This document shows, in pieces, positions 29,165 to 40,345 of a stretch of DNA of 64,000 nucleotides (the first letter of the stretch is position 1; each line of letters starts with the position of its first letter). The stretch is from assembly GCA_963740315.1 (NCBI GenBank), contig CAVUDP010000001.1, forward strand, positions 640,001 through 704,000. The letters are read 5' to 3'. Made by a program: the position numbers and the translations under genes. Source of the stretch: an uncultured cyanobacterium (lineage in GTDB: Bacteria > Cyanobacteriota > Cyanobacteriia > Cyanobacteriales > Nostocaceae). The notes under the pieces are model-generated. The model searched no databases and had not been told where the DNA came from. It saw only the letters and a list, made by a program, of their open reading frames with translations.

Positions 29165-30025
29165 ATGATTGGAGAATTTGAAAGAAATCAGATATATCAT
29201 ATGGACTGCTTGGATGGTCTAAAGCAGATACCGGACAATTGTATTGATATTGCTATTACTAGTCCTCCTTACTGGGGACAAAGAGGTGACGAAGGAATTG
29301 GATTGGAGGAAGATCCAAGAGAATATATTAATAATTTAACTCAAATACTACTTGAGGTAATGCGGGTTATAAAGCCTACCGGAATTTTGTGGCTTAATAT
29401 AGGTGATGCTTACAATACTCCTATTAATTGGAAGTTGGATGATTTGAAATATTCAACATTAGGTGCAAATGGTAATGGATTAGCACCAACTAACTCTGCT
29501 TACACTAAAAATAGAGGAAGACGACGTGCTTTTATAGAAAAAGAAGTCGGTTGGCTAACCTACGGTAATCTTCTTTCTTTACCTTACAGAATTATCCTTA
29601 ACTTGTGCGATCGCGGTATGTATTACCGAGGTGAAATTATTTGGACAAAAAGAAAAGCTATGCCAGAAGGTAGATGTCGTAGACCGCATCGTAAGCATGA
29701 ATCGATTTATATTATTGCTAAAAATGAAACACATAGTTTTCGGACAAAACCACCATGTCCTTCAGTATGGGATTTAAAACCTGACTCTAATCAAAATAAA
29801 GGACATACGAGTACTTTTCCTTTGAGTTTACCTGTTACTTGTATTGAATCAAGTGGTATTCAAAAAGGAATAGTACTCGATCCATTTATGGGAAGCGGTA
29901 CAACAGCAATAGCTGCGATCGTTAAAGGCTTCGATTACATTGGCTTTGAATTAAATGAAAAAAACTGTAGGAAATCTCAAACAAGAATAGAAGAATTATC
30001 CTACCAATTATGTCTTGATTTATAA
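29165..30025 (+). CDS. Amino-DNA methyltransferase, beta class (probably N4-cytosine)
   Basis: Motif IV TSPPYW near the N-terminus precedes motif I DPFMGSGTT. Confidence 0.9.
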   Translation: MIGEFERNQIYHMDCLDGLKQIPDNCIDIAITSPPYWGQRGDEGIGLEEDPREYINNLTQILLEVMRVIKPTGILWLNIGDAYNTPINWKLDDLKYSTLGANGNGLAPTNSAYTKNRGRRRAFIEKEVGWLTYGNLLSLPYRIILNLCDRGMYYRGEIIWTKRKAMPEGRCRRPHRKHESIYIIAKNETHSFRTKPPCPSVWDLKPDSNQNKGHTSTFPLSLPVTCIESSGIQKGIVLDPFMGSGTTAIAAIVKGFDYIGFELNEKNCRKSQTRIEELSYQLCLDL

Positions 30026-31165
30026 ATTATTTTTGTATTTCTCCCATGCAGCAACAATTTTTGATGGAAAAACATCCTCTGCTGGTTTTAACGAGCAAAC
30101 GAATATACGTTTTCCGCTCGGTGTAGACTTTAAGCTCGGAATTGTTCTCAAATTGTAAGAAAAACAAGCATCAAATGAGCCATGTTCCTCGATATATCTA
30201 CGTTTATCTGAAGGCTGTTCGTTAGTTCCCATCTCACCTCGATTAACAAGATCCCCAGCAGGAGGTGGAAAGGATTTTGAATCGAACGTATAAAGAAAGC
30301 TAGTGAATCCTTGTTTCATCATAGCTTCGCTACAAGGGACATCATCAGAAACTCGCTCGGCTAAAGAAGCTTTACTATGTACACCTCCGAATACCACTTT
30401 TTGTCCTTCATAATTACCATAAAGAACTAAATCAAGTTTTGAATCTCCAACTTTTCCTGCTAATCCCATTTCCTTTAAAACTTCCGCTTTAGCTTTTGAA
30501 GAAAGAAGTGCTTTTATGCTAATTTCATAGGACTCTAAAACAGGGGAATAACGTCGTTCTATAAACAATTCTAAAGCTTCTCCACCCGCTCTAACCCAAC
30601 TTTGTTCGGGTTTAGATTTTCTGTATTCTCTCAGATATATTCTGTAAATAATATGTTGATAAATGTCACTTGGATTAAGGTCAGGAAGTTCATTGACTGC
30701 AAACTCTAAAGCTTGAGTAATTGCTTCACGATTTTTAAGTTTTGGACGCGATACATTCAATCCGGCAAAAAGATTAGACACGTACTCTTCAACTTTTAAA
30801 TACTGTGTTTCCGTAATTGCTTCCAAAAATACTTCCTTAATCTGCCCTTCCCAAACAAGTTGCTGAAATATTCCATTCTTATGCTTTCTTATACTTCCTT
30901 TTAAAGGAAGAGGAATTACTCTATTTTCTCCAGGAAACCAACCGATATCTTGAAAAAATTTCTGAGGTTCGTAATCAAGTCCTTGAAGCCAGTCAAATAA
31001 TTCTATAATATCTAGCCTACGCTCAAGACCTTCAATTTTGGCAACATATGACTGATGTTGTCCAAGCCTTTGTGCAAGCATAACTTGTGTGATGTTACGT
31101 TGCGACCGAGCGTTAACCAGTTCTTTAATTAGTTGTATATATCTTGGGTCATGGATTGTACTCAT
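30020..31165 (-). CDS. XRE-HTH (C-protein-like) fused to a type II restriction endonuclease (BsaWI-like)
   Basis: N-terminal ITQVMLAQRLGQHQSYVAKIEGLERRLD; C-terminal QSWVRAGGEALE...DLVL...SKASLAERV PD-(D/E)XK-type core; convergent with the methyltransferase. Confidence 0.7.
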   Translation of the reverse strand: MSTIHDPRYIQLIKELVNARSQRNITQVMLAQRLGQHQSYVAKIEGLERRLDIIELFDWLQGLDYEPQKFFQDIGWFPGENRVIPLPLKGSIRKHKNGIFQQLVWEGQIKEVFLEAITETQYLKVEEYVSNLFAGLNVSRPKLKNREAITQALEFAVNELPDLNPSDIYQHIIYRIYLREYRKSKPEQSWVRAGGEALELFIERRYSPVLESYEISIKALLSSKAKAEVLKEMGLAGKVGDSKLDLVLYGNYEGQKVVFGGVHSKASLAERVSDDVPCSEAMMKQGFTSFLYTFDSKSFPPPAGDLVNRGEMGTNEQPSDKRRYIEEHGSFDACFSYNLRTIPSLKSTPSGKRIFVCSLKPAEDVFPSKIVAAWEKYKNNL

Positions 31166-31211
31166 CCCAATGATGGGAACATATAATCCACTATTATCCC
31201 AAAAAAGGATA
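31165..31211 (-). promoter_or_regulatory. Candidate operator pair for the HTH-endonuclease
   Basis: TCCCA-ATGA-TGGGA (31165-31178) abutting the start codon and related TATCC-CAAAAAA-GGATA (31195-31211). Confidence 0.5.
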
Positions 31212-31546
31212 TTTCTGCTTTAATTAAAAAGGCTATAATTCATATCATATATTCCTTTCACTTATAATTAGCTTGCATATAATTACAACCTGTTTATTTA
31301 GTTACAGTCAATATGGCACAAACATTAGAAATATTAGCGAATAGCAACCGTAAGAAAAGATTTCAACAATTATCTTATGGAATTTTGGTCACAACCTTAA
31401 CATCTTAAATTTTTAAATTTACGTATCTACACTTAAATTGAAAATCAGAAATATCAACCGTTCGCAGTTGTCCGTATATCTTCTGAACTCATAAAGTCAC
31501 AGTATAAGCTATATGTAGTAAGTTATATCGCATCTACTACGTAACG

Positions 31547-34500
31547 GTGTACTTATTCTTCTATAATCTTGATTTTTCCGCGATTGAAAACTATTGGTTA
31601 AAACTGATTGAATCATTAACATCGCTAGATTTCGGTAAGTATTTTGATTCTGGGTTGCTTGCTAGTTTGCTCTTAGCGATCGCGACAATTTTCTTTTTAG
31701 GCAAATTATTATTAGAGGCAAAGCAGGAATTAAAGCAAGAGGTTATTGGGCGCAAACAAGCTGAAGAAGTGCTGGTTTTAAGTCAAAACCGTTTGAAATT
31801 ACTTAATACAATTTTGAATGGCGCTCCTTTAGGAATGTCTGTTGATGAAATAATTCAAGATACTATCAAACAACTTAATAGATATTTCCCCAATTTAAAA
31901 GTTGGTTTTTCAAATATCGATAGCAACGGTATTTTAACCGTTACTCATGCTGTGGAGATACCGGATACGCTACAACTAAAAGGCTTCACTATTGACTCAA
32001 CCGCCGTTCCAGATTATTTTTTTACTTTAATAAACGGACAAAAGTTTATTGTTGAGGATGTTGCTCAAGATAAACGTTTAGCATCTTTAACATCCGATAT
32101 TTTAAAATTTGGCAATCAAGCTATTTTAGAAATACCCTTAAAAGATTCAAGTGGCTTGATTGGTATACTTGGTTTTTATTCCTCGCAACCCCGGAAGTGG
32201 AGCGAGTATGAAATTAATACAATTACTGAAGTTGCTAACTATTTAATTGTAGCGATTCAAGATATTCAAAGTCAGCAAGAAAATAAACGAATTCAAATAG
32301 AACTTAAAGAAAGTGAAGCATTTTTACGGACGCTTTATGAGGTAGCAGTAGCTCGTAATTTCGATTTTGAACAACGGATTCAATATTTATTAGCAATGGG
32401 ATGTCAAACATTTGGTTTGGAGTTTGGCATTTTGGCGCAAATTGAAGATAACCGCTATAACGTAACTATAGCAAAGACTCCGGATGATTCTCTGTGTGCG
32501 GGATATAGTGTGGAATTGGAGCAAACTTTGTCTTCCGAAGTGCTGGAAAATGATGAACCTTTGATAATTACACATAGTAAAAATTCTTCTTGGTGCAATC
32601 ATCCCGGCTATATAAGATTTGGTATGGAATCTTATATCGGGGCACGGGTATTAGTCGCAGGTAAAGTTCACAGTACTCTTTCGTTTGCTAGCCTCAAACC
32701 GCGACAGCAAAAGTTTCAAAATGCATACAGGGGATTATTAAAGTTAATGGCGCAATGGGTTGGTAGCCAAATTGAACGCGAACAAGCAGAACAAGCTTTG
32801 AAACAACAATTTCATCGCGCTTTGTTACTCAAACAAATTACCAATGAAGTTCGCCGCAGTTTAGATGCAAAACAAATTTTTGAAACTACTGCAATTCAAA
32901 TTGCAAATGCTTTTAAGGTGAATCGCTGTTTAATTCATAAGTATATACCGGCTTCGATTAATCAGATTCCTACTGTGGTGGAATATTTAGAACCAGGGAT
33001 ACCTTCGATGCGACACTATCAAATACCAATCGTTGGTAATCCTCACGCTGAGAAAATGTTATCTCAAGATAGCGCGATCGCAACATCAAATGTTTTTACG
33101 GAACCTTTATTAGCAGCTGCTAGAGATATCTGTGCGGAAATGCAAATCAAATCTATGTTGGCAATTCGCACTTCCTATCAAGGTGAATGTAATGGCGTTA
33201 TCGGATTGCATCAATGTAATTATTATCGTCAGTGGACTAGGGATGAAATTGAGTTATTAGAATCTGTCGCCGCTCAGGTGGGAATTGCTCTTGCTCAAGC
33301 TCATCTTTTGGAACAAGAAACTCAACAAAAACAGGAACTCACGATCAAAAATAGTCAGTTGGAACAAGCAAAACTTGGTGCTGAAGCTGCTAACCGAGCG
33401 AAAAGTGAGTTTTTAGCAATGATGAGTCATGAAATCCGCACGCCAATGAATGCGGTGATTGGTATGAGCGGGCTGTTGCTGGATATGGATTTGACTCCCC
33501 GACAGTTGGATTTTGTCGAAACTATCCGCAGCAGCAGCGATACATTGCTAGCTATTATTAACGATATTTTAGATTTTTCTAAAATTGAATCGGATATGTT
33601 GGATTTGGAGAAAATTCAGTTTAATTTACGTAATTGTGTAGAAGAATCTTTAGATTTATTAACTTCTCAAGCTGCGGCTAAAAACTTAAATTTAGCGTAC
33701 ACGATCGATTCCCAAACTCCAACTTGCATTATTGGAGATGTAACGCGAGTGCGACAAATTTTAACGAATTTACTGACTAATGCGGTTAAATTTACCCAAG
33801 TTGGTGAAGTGGTTGTTTCTGTAACTGCAAAACAATTAAACAGTAATTTATCAACAAATAATTATCAAATTCAATTTGCCGTTAAGGATACGGGGATTGG
33901 TATTCCTGAAGATAGAATCAACCGATTATTTAAACCGTTTACCCAAATTGATGCTTCTATGACTCGTCAATATGGCGGTACTGGATTGGGTTTAGCAATC
34001 AGCAAACGCTTAAGCGAAATCATGGATGGTAGGATGTGGGTGGAAAGTACTTACGGAGTCGGTTCTACATTTTATTTTACGATTGCAGGCGAGTCAGCAC
34101 CAAATTGCATTACCAATCTTGACGATATTCAACCAAATATAGCTGGTAAACGGTTGTTGGTAGTAGACGACAATGATACCAACCGCAAAATTTTAGCTTT
34201 ACAAATACAGAAATGGGGAGTAACTGTTCTCACTGCTGAATCTGGTTTGCAAGCTTTGCAGTTGATTAATTCCGGGGAACAATTTGATATGGCGATCGTG
34301 GATATGCGAATGCCGCGAATGGATGGTTTAAGTTTGTGTTCGCATATTCATTCTATACCCGGTTACGAACAACTACCCGTAGTAATTTTGAGTTGTGTGG
34401 ATGGATTAACTCAACAACAAGCAGCCAAATCAGAATTTGTTGCCCTACTTAATAAACCAATCAAACAATCCCAACTTTACGATACCTGCGTTCGTATTTT

Positions 34501-35377
34501 ATGCGGCAAACAGATTTCCATTTTATCTTGCACATCCCCGCCGTCTAAATTTGATTCGCAATTAAGTGAAAAACTACCATTGAGTATTCTTTTAGTAGAA
34601 GATATGCCTTTAAATCAAAAGGTAGCTTTACATATGTTAGAGCGATTGGGCTATCATGCGGACGTGGCTAGTAATGGATTGGAAGCCCTCTCCTGTTTGC
34701 GCCGTCAAGATTACGATCTTGTTTTCATGGACGTACAAATGCCGGAAATGGACGGATTGCAAGCCACTCGCTGTATCTGCAAAGAATGGTTGCCCCCATT
34801 ACGTCCTTGGATTGTTGCCATTACTGCCAACGCCATGTATGGTGACAGGGAAGAATGTCTCAATGCGGGAATGAATGATTACATTAGTAAACCCATTCGC
34901 GTTGATGCTTTGATTGAAATTTTCAATAACTATAAAAATTTACAGCAACCATTAGATCGAGACTCAGATTCTACTGCTGTGGTGAAGAAAGAAAAATCGG
35001 AATCGATCGCCCCCGCAGTTATTGATGCTGATATTTTGCAAGATTTAAAAGATATGGCAGGCGATGATGCGGATGAAATGATGGCGGAATTAATTGATAG
35101 TTACTTTGAAGATGCACCGCCGGAACTACAAGGAATTTGCCGTGCCCTGGATAAGGATGATGCTGAAAGTCTACGTAATTCTGCCCATGCCTTGAGATCC
35201 CTAAGCATCACCATTGGTGCCCTATCGCTCGCTCAGGTATGCACCCAATTAGAAACCATAGGTCGTTCTGGAACTACATTCGGTGCTTCTACTTTAATTA
35301 AAAAACTTGATACAGAGTACCAACAGGTAGAAGCAGCTTTGCAACAACATTATCCTATTAGGAAACATCATGAATAA
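31547..35377 (+). CDS. Hybrid sensor histidine kinase: TM, three GAF, HisKA/HATPase, two receiver, Hpt
   Basis: [15 protein letters not shown]-box, [10 protein letters not shown]-box, LLVVDDN and ILLVED receivers, AHALRS Hpt. Confidence 0.92.
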   Translation: MYLFFYNLDFSAIENYWLKLIESLTSLDFGKYFDSGLLASLLLAIATIFFLGKLLLEAKQELKQEVIGRKQAEEVLVLSQNRLKLLNTILNGAPLGMSVDEIIQDTIKQLNRYFPNLKVGFSNIDSNGILTVTHAVEIPDTLQLKGFTIDSTAVPDYFFTLINGQKFIVEDVAQDKRLASLTSDILKFGNQAILEIPLKDSSGLIGILGFYSSQPRKWSEYEINTITEVANYLIVAIQDIQSQQENKRIQIELKESEAFLRTLYEVAVARNFDFEQRIQYLLAMGCQTFGLEFGILAQIEDNRYNVTIAKTPDDSLCAGYSVELEQTLSSEVLENDEPLIITHSKNSSWCNHPGYIRFGMESYIGARVLVAGKVHSTLSFASLKPRQQKFQNAYRGLLKLMAQWVGSQIEREQAEQALKQQFHRALLLKQITNEVRRSLDAKQIFETTAIQIANAFKVNRCLIHKYIPASINQIPTVVEYLEPGIPSMRHYQIPIVGNPHAEKMLSQDSAIATSNVFTEPLLAAARDICAEMQIKSMLAIRTSYQGECNGVIGLHQCNYYRQWTRDEIELLESVAAQVGIALAQAHLLEQETQQKQELTIKNSQLEQAKLGAEAANRAKSEFLAMMSHEIRTPMNAVIGMSGLLLDMDLTPRQLDFVETIRSSSDTLLAIINDILDFSKIESDMLDLEKIQFNLRNCVEESLDLLTSQAAAKNLNLAYTIDSQTPTCIIGDVTRVRQILTNLLTNAVKFTQVGEVVVSVTAKQLNSNLSTNNYQIQFAVKDTGIGIPEDRINRLFKPFTQIDASMTRQYGGTGLGLAISKRLSEIMDGRMWVESTYGVGSTFYFTIAGESAPNCITNLDDIQPNIAGKRLLVVDDNDTNRKILALQIQKWGVTVLTAESGLQALQLINSGEQFDMAIVDMRMPRMDGLSLCSHIHSIPGYEQLPVVILSCVDGLTQQQAAKSEFVALLNKPIKQSQLYDTCVRILCGKQISILSCTSPPSKFDSQLSEKLPLSILLVEDMPLNQKVALHMLERLGYHADVASNGLEALSCLRRQDYDLVFMDVQMPEMDGLQATRCICKEWLPPLRPWIVAITANAMYGDREECLNAGMNDYISKPIRVDALIEIFNNYKNLQQPLDRDSDSTAVVKKEKSESIAPAVIDADILQDLKDMAGDDADEMMAELIDSYFEDAPPELQGICRALDKDDAESLRNSAHALRSLSITIGALSLAQVCTQLETIGRSGTTFGASTLIKKLDTEYQQVEAALQQHYPIRKHHE

Positions 35378-36308
35378 CCCCGATCGCAATAAGCCACCCC
35401 AAATTCTGATCGTAGACGATCAAAAAACTTTACGATTAGTTCTGCGTAAAGCAATAGAGAAGCAGGGATATCAGGTAATAGAAGCCTGTAACGGACAACA
35501 TTGTTTAGATATCTGTCAAAAACAAACGCCAGACATGATTTTACTCGATGCCATGATGCCCGCAATGGATGGCTTTGAATGCTGTACCAAATTGCAAACA
35601 CTTATGGGCGATCGCTGTCCGCCGATTTTAATGATAACAGTTCTCGATGACCAAGAATCAGTTGAACGAGCTTTACAGGTAGGAGCGAGCGACTATATTA
35701 CAAAACCTATTGATTGGGATTTACTTGGACGTAGAGTTAGTCGTTTATTAACATCTAGATGGGCAATATTAGAAACTCGTCATCAAATTGAACGAGAATG
35801 TCGATTAACAGTAAGTTTAGAAACAGCAAATCGAGAATTACAAAGTCTTTCTTCTAGCGATGTTTTAACTAAAGTTGCCAGTCGTGCCTACTTTAAGGAA
35901 TACTTGCAGCGCGAATGGAAGCGATTGCAAAAGTATCAATTACCTCTTGCTTTAATTCTGTGTAAAATTGATTTTTCAAACTTAGATCATCAAGTTAAAG
36001 ATGAATATTTGCGTCAAATTGCTGACACTATGTGTAAATGCAAAAAGCACTCCACCGATTTCGTTGCTCGCTACGATGATGAAAAATTTGCAATAATTTT
36101 AGCGAATACCCAAACCGAAGAAGCAGCAGAAGTAGTCCAAACGATTCAAAACTCTATTAAAGCCTTAGATATAGAAAGCAAACTTTTAAACTTTAATTTT
36201 GGAATTGCCAGCATGATTCCGTCTGCCGAATCATCTGCATATAAATTAGTTAAAAATGCCGAAGAACAGTTATCAACGAACAATGAACAAGTATCAATTA
36301 TCAATTAA
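35370..36308 (+). CDS. Response regulator with degenerate GGDEF domain
   Basis: ILIVDD...[11 protein letters not shown] receiver; ARYDDEKF at the RYGGEEF position. Confidence 0.85.
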   Translation: MNNPDRNKPPQILIVDDQKTLRLVLRKAIEKQGYQVIEACNGQHCLDICQKQTPDMILLDAMMPAMDGFECCTKLQTLMGDRCPPILMITVLDDQESVERALQVGASDYITKPIDWDLLGRRVSRLLTSRWAILETRHQIERECRLTVSLETANRELQSLSSSDVLTKVASRAYFKEYLQREWKRLQKYQLPLALILCKIDFSNLDHQVKDEYLRQIADTMCKCKKHSTDFVARYDDEKFAIILANTQTEEAAEVVQTIQNSIKALDIESKLLNFNFGIASMIPSAESSAYKLVKNAEEQLSTNNEQVSIIN

Positions 36309-36330
36309 CGATGGTTAGTAGTTAGTGATT

Positions 36331-36640
36331 TGTAGAGTGTGTGACGGCTACGAGCTATTATAAAAGCAAACTAAATACATTAATATTGCCGTCACGCACC
36401 AAATTCATCTAAAAAATTAACAGTCATTGTTTGTATAGCCCCACTCTTCCAAGGTTACGGGTAAAATGTTTTTTTAAATTGCGATGCTCCCGATGGGCTT
36501 CTGCATAGGATTTTATTCCCAAGCACTTTAGAGGAAGAGGAATTGTGATTTGTTGATTATTAATTGTTTTGGTGCGTGACGGCAATCTTAGTTTATTTGT
36601 TGGGTTTTGATAATTCCTCGTAGCCGTCACACACCCTACA
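36331..36640. repeat. Two inverted ~70-bp GTAG-REP-like elements
   Basis: TGTAGAGTGTGTGACGGCTACGAG...ATTGCCGTCACGCACCAAA and its reverse complement at ~36568-36640. Confidence 0.8.
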
Positions 36641-36682
36641 AGCAATTATTTGATAATTGTTCATTGATAATTGATAACTGAT

Positions 36683-37684
36683 TCAACCTAAATAAACAAT
36701 ATACATACCGCCAATATATAAAATAATTATCCCCAAAACATCATAAGTAAGATACAGCCTTGATGGACGTGTGGCGCGGTAAATTAATCCGACAATTGCC
36801 AGAGAAGTCATCATCATTGCGATAATCGCGGTGAAAATATGCACGCTGCCTATTTTTGCCCATAAATCACCTTTCATATAAACAACGTCGTAAACTCCCA
36901 AAATTGCCATATTAAAAATATTGGAACCAAAAACGTTAGAAATTGCTAAATCAACAGCATCCAATCGTACCGCAGCGATTCCAGCAGCAACTTCCGGAAG
37001 TGACGTGGTGATCGCGATTAACAACGAACCAATAAAACTTTCTTCCAACCCCGTTGCTTGCACTACTCTGTCTCCCAACCAAGCCAACCATACTCCAAGT
37101 ATTACGATCGCCAACGAACATAAAGCAAACATTAAATACGCTTTTCGCGGTTTAACGTGCGCGTATTCAAAAGCTTCACTTTCTTGCTCTAACACTTCGT
37201 TGCGTCGCCTCGATTCAAATTTGGCAATCAAACGAGCGCTTATTAAGTAAAGTACGATTAGCACGATCGTCGGAATACCAACCCAACCCAATACTGGATC
37301 TAAGCCTTTACCCGCCAAAAATATCCCAGCCGCAGCAACACCTAACATCAAGCTACCCAAACCAGCCGCTAACCCGTGACTAATCTGCGCTTGTTGAAAA
37401 AGCGGACCACCTCCGGTAATAATATCTAATATTGCTAGAATCATTAAATTAAACAAGCAGCTACCAAAAATACCTCCGGCAGCTAAATTTGGCGCATCCA
37501 GATAATTAACCGCACTCACACCAGTAGCCAACTCTGGTAAAGAAGTACTGCCAGCCAGCAAAATAGCACCTACCCAATTACGTCCCAAACCACTCTTCTC
37601 AGCCACCATATCGGCGCTTTGCGAAAGTTTTGAACTTACTGCTATCACCAGCGCTATACATATAATGACTTGAATCCAAAGCAT
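36683..37684 (-). CDS. Sodium:calcium antiporter (CaCA family)
   Basis: Two alpha repeats STSLPELA...GSCLFN and TTSLPEVA...GSNIFN. Confidence 0.92.
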   Translation of the reverse strand: MLWIQVIICIALVIAVSSKLSQSADMVAEKSGLGRNWVGAILLAGSTSLPELATGVSAVNYLDAPNLAAGGIFGSCLFNLMILAILDIITGGGPLFQQAQISHGLAAGLGSLMLGVAAAGIFLAGKGLDPVLGWVGIPTIVLIVLYLISARLIAKFESRRRNEVLEQESEAFEYAHVKPRKAYLMFALCSLAIVILGVWLAWLGDRVVQATGLEESFIGSLLIAITTSLPEVAAGIAAVRLDAVDLAISNVFGSNIFNMAILGVYDVVYMKGDLWAKIGSVHIFTAIIAMMMTSLAIVGLIYRATRPSRLYLTYDVLGIIILYIGGMYIVYLG

Positions 37685-37778
37685 TTAGGACTTCCCCCGG
37701 TTACGCTGTTTATCAGATGATATGTTATTACTTCCCAACGCGAATTGTAATGTATTCATTCGTAATTCGTAATTAAAT

Positions 37779-38030
37779 TGGGAATTAGGGATTGGGGATT
37801 GGGAATTGGGCATTGGAAATTGGGAATAGTTAGGAATTACGAATTATAGTAATTCCAATTCATTTAAGTAGTGGGAGCATCAAGTTGATTTCAGTAGTGG
37901 GAGCATCCTGCTCCCTTGGACTAGCTAGGGAGCATCTTGCTCCCACTACCAACCATCTCCCCATCTCCTTGTCTCCCCATCTCCTTGTCTCCCCATCCCC
38001 CCATCTCCCCATCCCCCCATCTCCCCATCC
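37779..38030. repeat. STRR tracts plus GTAGTGGGAGCATC REP palindrome
   Basis: TTGGG(A/G)A heptamers, GTAGTGGGAGCATCCTGCTCCC...GGGAGCATCTTGCTCCCACTAC, and CCCCATC heptamers. Confidence 0.8.
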
Positions 38031-38031
38031 C

Positions 38032-38904
38032 TCACTCACTATCTTCCATATTCATCAACCGGGGATAAGGCAAATTGTGTTTGGTGAATTCTCGTTTGGC
38101 TCTTCTTGTCAAGTCGGTTTTGTAAATAAATTCATCTCGTGCATCTAGAGGATAACTTTTGAGTTTAAACAAGGTTCCCCAAGGTTTTTCTTCTACAATT
38201 ACTAAAATCGGAAGTTTTAAATACGTGTATTTACTGGTATGCGCGACTCTATACAATGTTTTTTTTACTAATTCAACATCTATCTCGTGTGCAAAGTAAA
38301 ACTCGGTGATTACCTGGGCTTCCAACTCACCCATGTTGGCATTAGATACGGCAGTTGTCCAGATTTTATTGTGGGGTATGGTAACAACGTTATCCTCTGG
38401 GGTTTGTAAGCGGATTCCCCTAAGTCCATAACCAATCACCTCACCGTAAAAATCTTCGATTTGAATGCGATCGCCAACTCGGTAGGGTGCTTCAAATAAA
38501 CCGATGATTCCGGCAATAATTGAACTTACGTAGTCTTTGAAGGCAAAACCTAATGCTACTGCGACGGTACCCGTAACTGCAATTAAGTTTTCGCGGGATA
38601 TATTTAAAAATAAGTTCATTAATAATACGATGGTGAAAGTTAAAACCATCATTCTAAAAAAAGGTAAAAATTGCTTCACTCGCAATCGCCATTCTTTAGC
38701 AACTTGTTCGGATAACCAAATAATTAATTTGTCAATAACTTTGATAGTAATATAGGAAATTGCGACAACAATCAATCCTTGACCAATTTTCCAAGTTGTA
38801 ATTTTAGTGATGAGTTGTTTAGTTTGTTCGGCGGTTTCTTTAGCTGCATCATCGGCAGATTGAGCTAAAACGAAATTAATAAAATTAAAATATAGAGTAT
38901 TCAT
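38032..38904 (-). CDS. Small-conductance mechanosensitive channel family protein
   Basis: ALGFAFKD, PYRVGDRIQI, GEV..YGLR, VTIPHNKIW; start moved to MNTLY because the upstream extension is STRR. Confidence 0.9.
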   Translation of the reverse strand: MNTLYFNFINFVLAQSADDAAKETAEQTKQLITKITTWKIGQGLIVVAISYITIKVIDKLIIWLSEQVAKEWRLRVKQFLPFFRMMVLTFTIVLLMNLFLNISRENLIAVTGTVAVALGFAFKDYVSSIIAGIIGLFEAPYRVGDRIQIEDFYGEVIGYGLRGIRLQTPEDNVVTIPHNKIWTTAVSNANMGELEAQVITEFYFAHEIDVELVKKTLYRVAHTSKYTYLKLPILVIVEEKPWGTLFKLKSYPLDARDEFIYKTDLTRRAKREFTKHNLPYPRLMNMEDSE

Positions 38905-39084
38905 ATTATGTCGGTTTAAACGCTTGTCATATTTGTGATGGGGGAGAGGGGGTAGAGGGGGGAGATGGGGAGATGGGGTTCGGGGGAGATGGGGAGACAA
39001 GGAGATGGGGAGATAATATTTATTTATTATTAACTCTTAACTCAATACTCAATACTCAATACTCAATACTCAATACTTTACCAA

Positions 39085-40263
39085 TTAGTCAGATTCATAA
39101 ATAATAAAGTTGTTATTTGCTAATTCATTTTTTAGTCGGGGATAATGAATTGGGTTAATAGTTAGTATTTCATGTTTTTGCTCTACCAAACCTTTACGGC
39201 GCAACCTTTGTACTTGTCCTTTAACTAAAGTTTTTTCGTCTCCCAAACTCTCGCTAAGTGCGGATAAATTTAAATCGCCGTGTAACAATAAAGAATATAA
39301 AATATAGTGTTCGTCTGCACTTAAATGCGGTAAATTAGGTAATTCCGGATTTTGGGCTTCGAGAATTCCTTCGGTGTTATCGCTTTCGGGGTTGTCAGAA
39401 TCTTCAGGTTGATAGCGGATTGAACTTAAAAACACTTGTACGGCTACGGTATTTACTCCTTCGCTTAAATCTGCTAATTTTTCAAAATATCTACTTTCAC
39501 GACTTTCATCTTCTTCATTATTATTAGGAAATTCTATATTAGGTTTAGCAAAACTAATTTGAAATTCATCAACAATCGGTTCAAACCATGCTTGTAGTTG
39601 TTCTCCTGTAAGTCTGGGTAACTCTAAATAATCGCCACAATAAGCTTTAAAATGAGAAACATGATCGAGGTATTCCCAACCAACTTTACCCGCACCAATT
39701 ACCCAAAATCGAGAATCATCTTGAAGCAGCACATCTTGTAAATAATCAATTCCTTCTAAGCCATCAACGCAGCGCAAAAAACACCAGCTTAAATTAGTAA
39801 TAACAACAACTTCCGGCTGTTTTGATGTTGTTACCAATCCTCTACCTAATTGGTGCTGTAACTTTGTTTTAATATCTTCAGCTTTTTCTGGTCTACCAAT
39901 CCATTGTAAAGGTCGCAGTGGTATTTCTCGTTCCGATGCCCAATCCAGTAAACTTTCAGTTAAAGTACGCGACACGGTGGTTACGGGAGAACTCAAAATA
40001 ACCACAGAATTATCAGCCGCTTGGGGATTGCTGCGCCATTTCTCGAAAGCTTCATCTAAAGTTGACTGAATCGCTTCCATATCCGGGTTATCGGTAGGTA
40101 ACTCATCCACAGCTGCAATTAATTTAGATGCAAGATGCGGTGGTAGTTCAATTAATGACTTCTCAGGCTCTGGCGTTTCTTTTTCATCAGTCGTAAACCT
40201 AGACAGCAAAGTCTTCCGATTATCAAGCAACCAGGTGTGAAATCGGTTAAAAAGTGTAGCCAT
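39085..40263 (-). CDS. Hypothetical protein, possibly a degenerate P-loop domain plus C-terminal winged helix
   Basis: Long ORF co-oriented with mscS; LYSLLLHGDL.LSALSESLG...VQRLRRKGLVE wHTH-like end. Confidence 0.65.
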   Translation of the reverse strand: MATLFNRFHTWLLDNRKTLLSRFTTDEKETPEPEKSLIELPPHLASKLIAAVDELPTDNPDMEAIQSTLDEAFEKWRSNPQAADNSVVILSSPVTTVSRTLTESLLDWASEREIPLRPLQWIGRPEKAEDIKTKLQHQLGRGLVTTSKQPEVVVITNLSWCFLRCVDGLEGIDYLQDVLLQDDSRFWVIGAGKVGWEYLDHVSHFKAYCGDYLELPRLTGEQLQAWFEPIVDEFQISFAKPNIEFPNNNEEDESRESRYFEKLADLSEGVNTVAVQVFLSSIRYQPEDSDNPESDNTEGILEAQNPELPNLPHLSADEHYILYSLLLHGDLNLSALSESLGDEKTLVKGQVQRLRRKGLVEQKHEILTINPIHYPRLKNELANNNFIIYESD

Positions 40264-40345
40264 TCAAGCTATTTCAATCAAAAGCGTGGTTATGAGTATC
40301 CTATCGCAATAATGCTATTTCCATCTGATGTTAACTGGTAACTGT

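Noticed and set aside
38905..39000. Pro-rich N-terminal extension of the MscS ORF
   Set aside because: Derived from heptamer repeats; ATG at 38904 is the more plausible start
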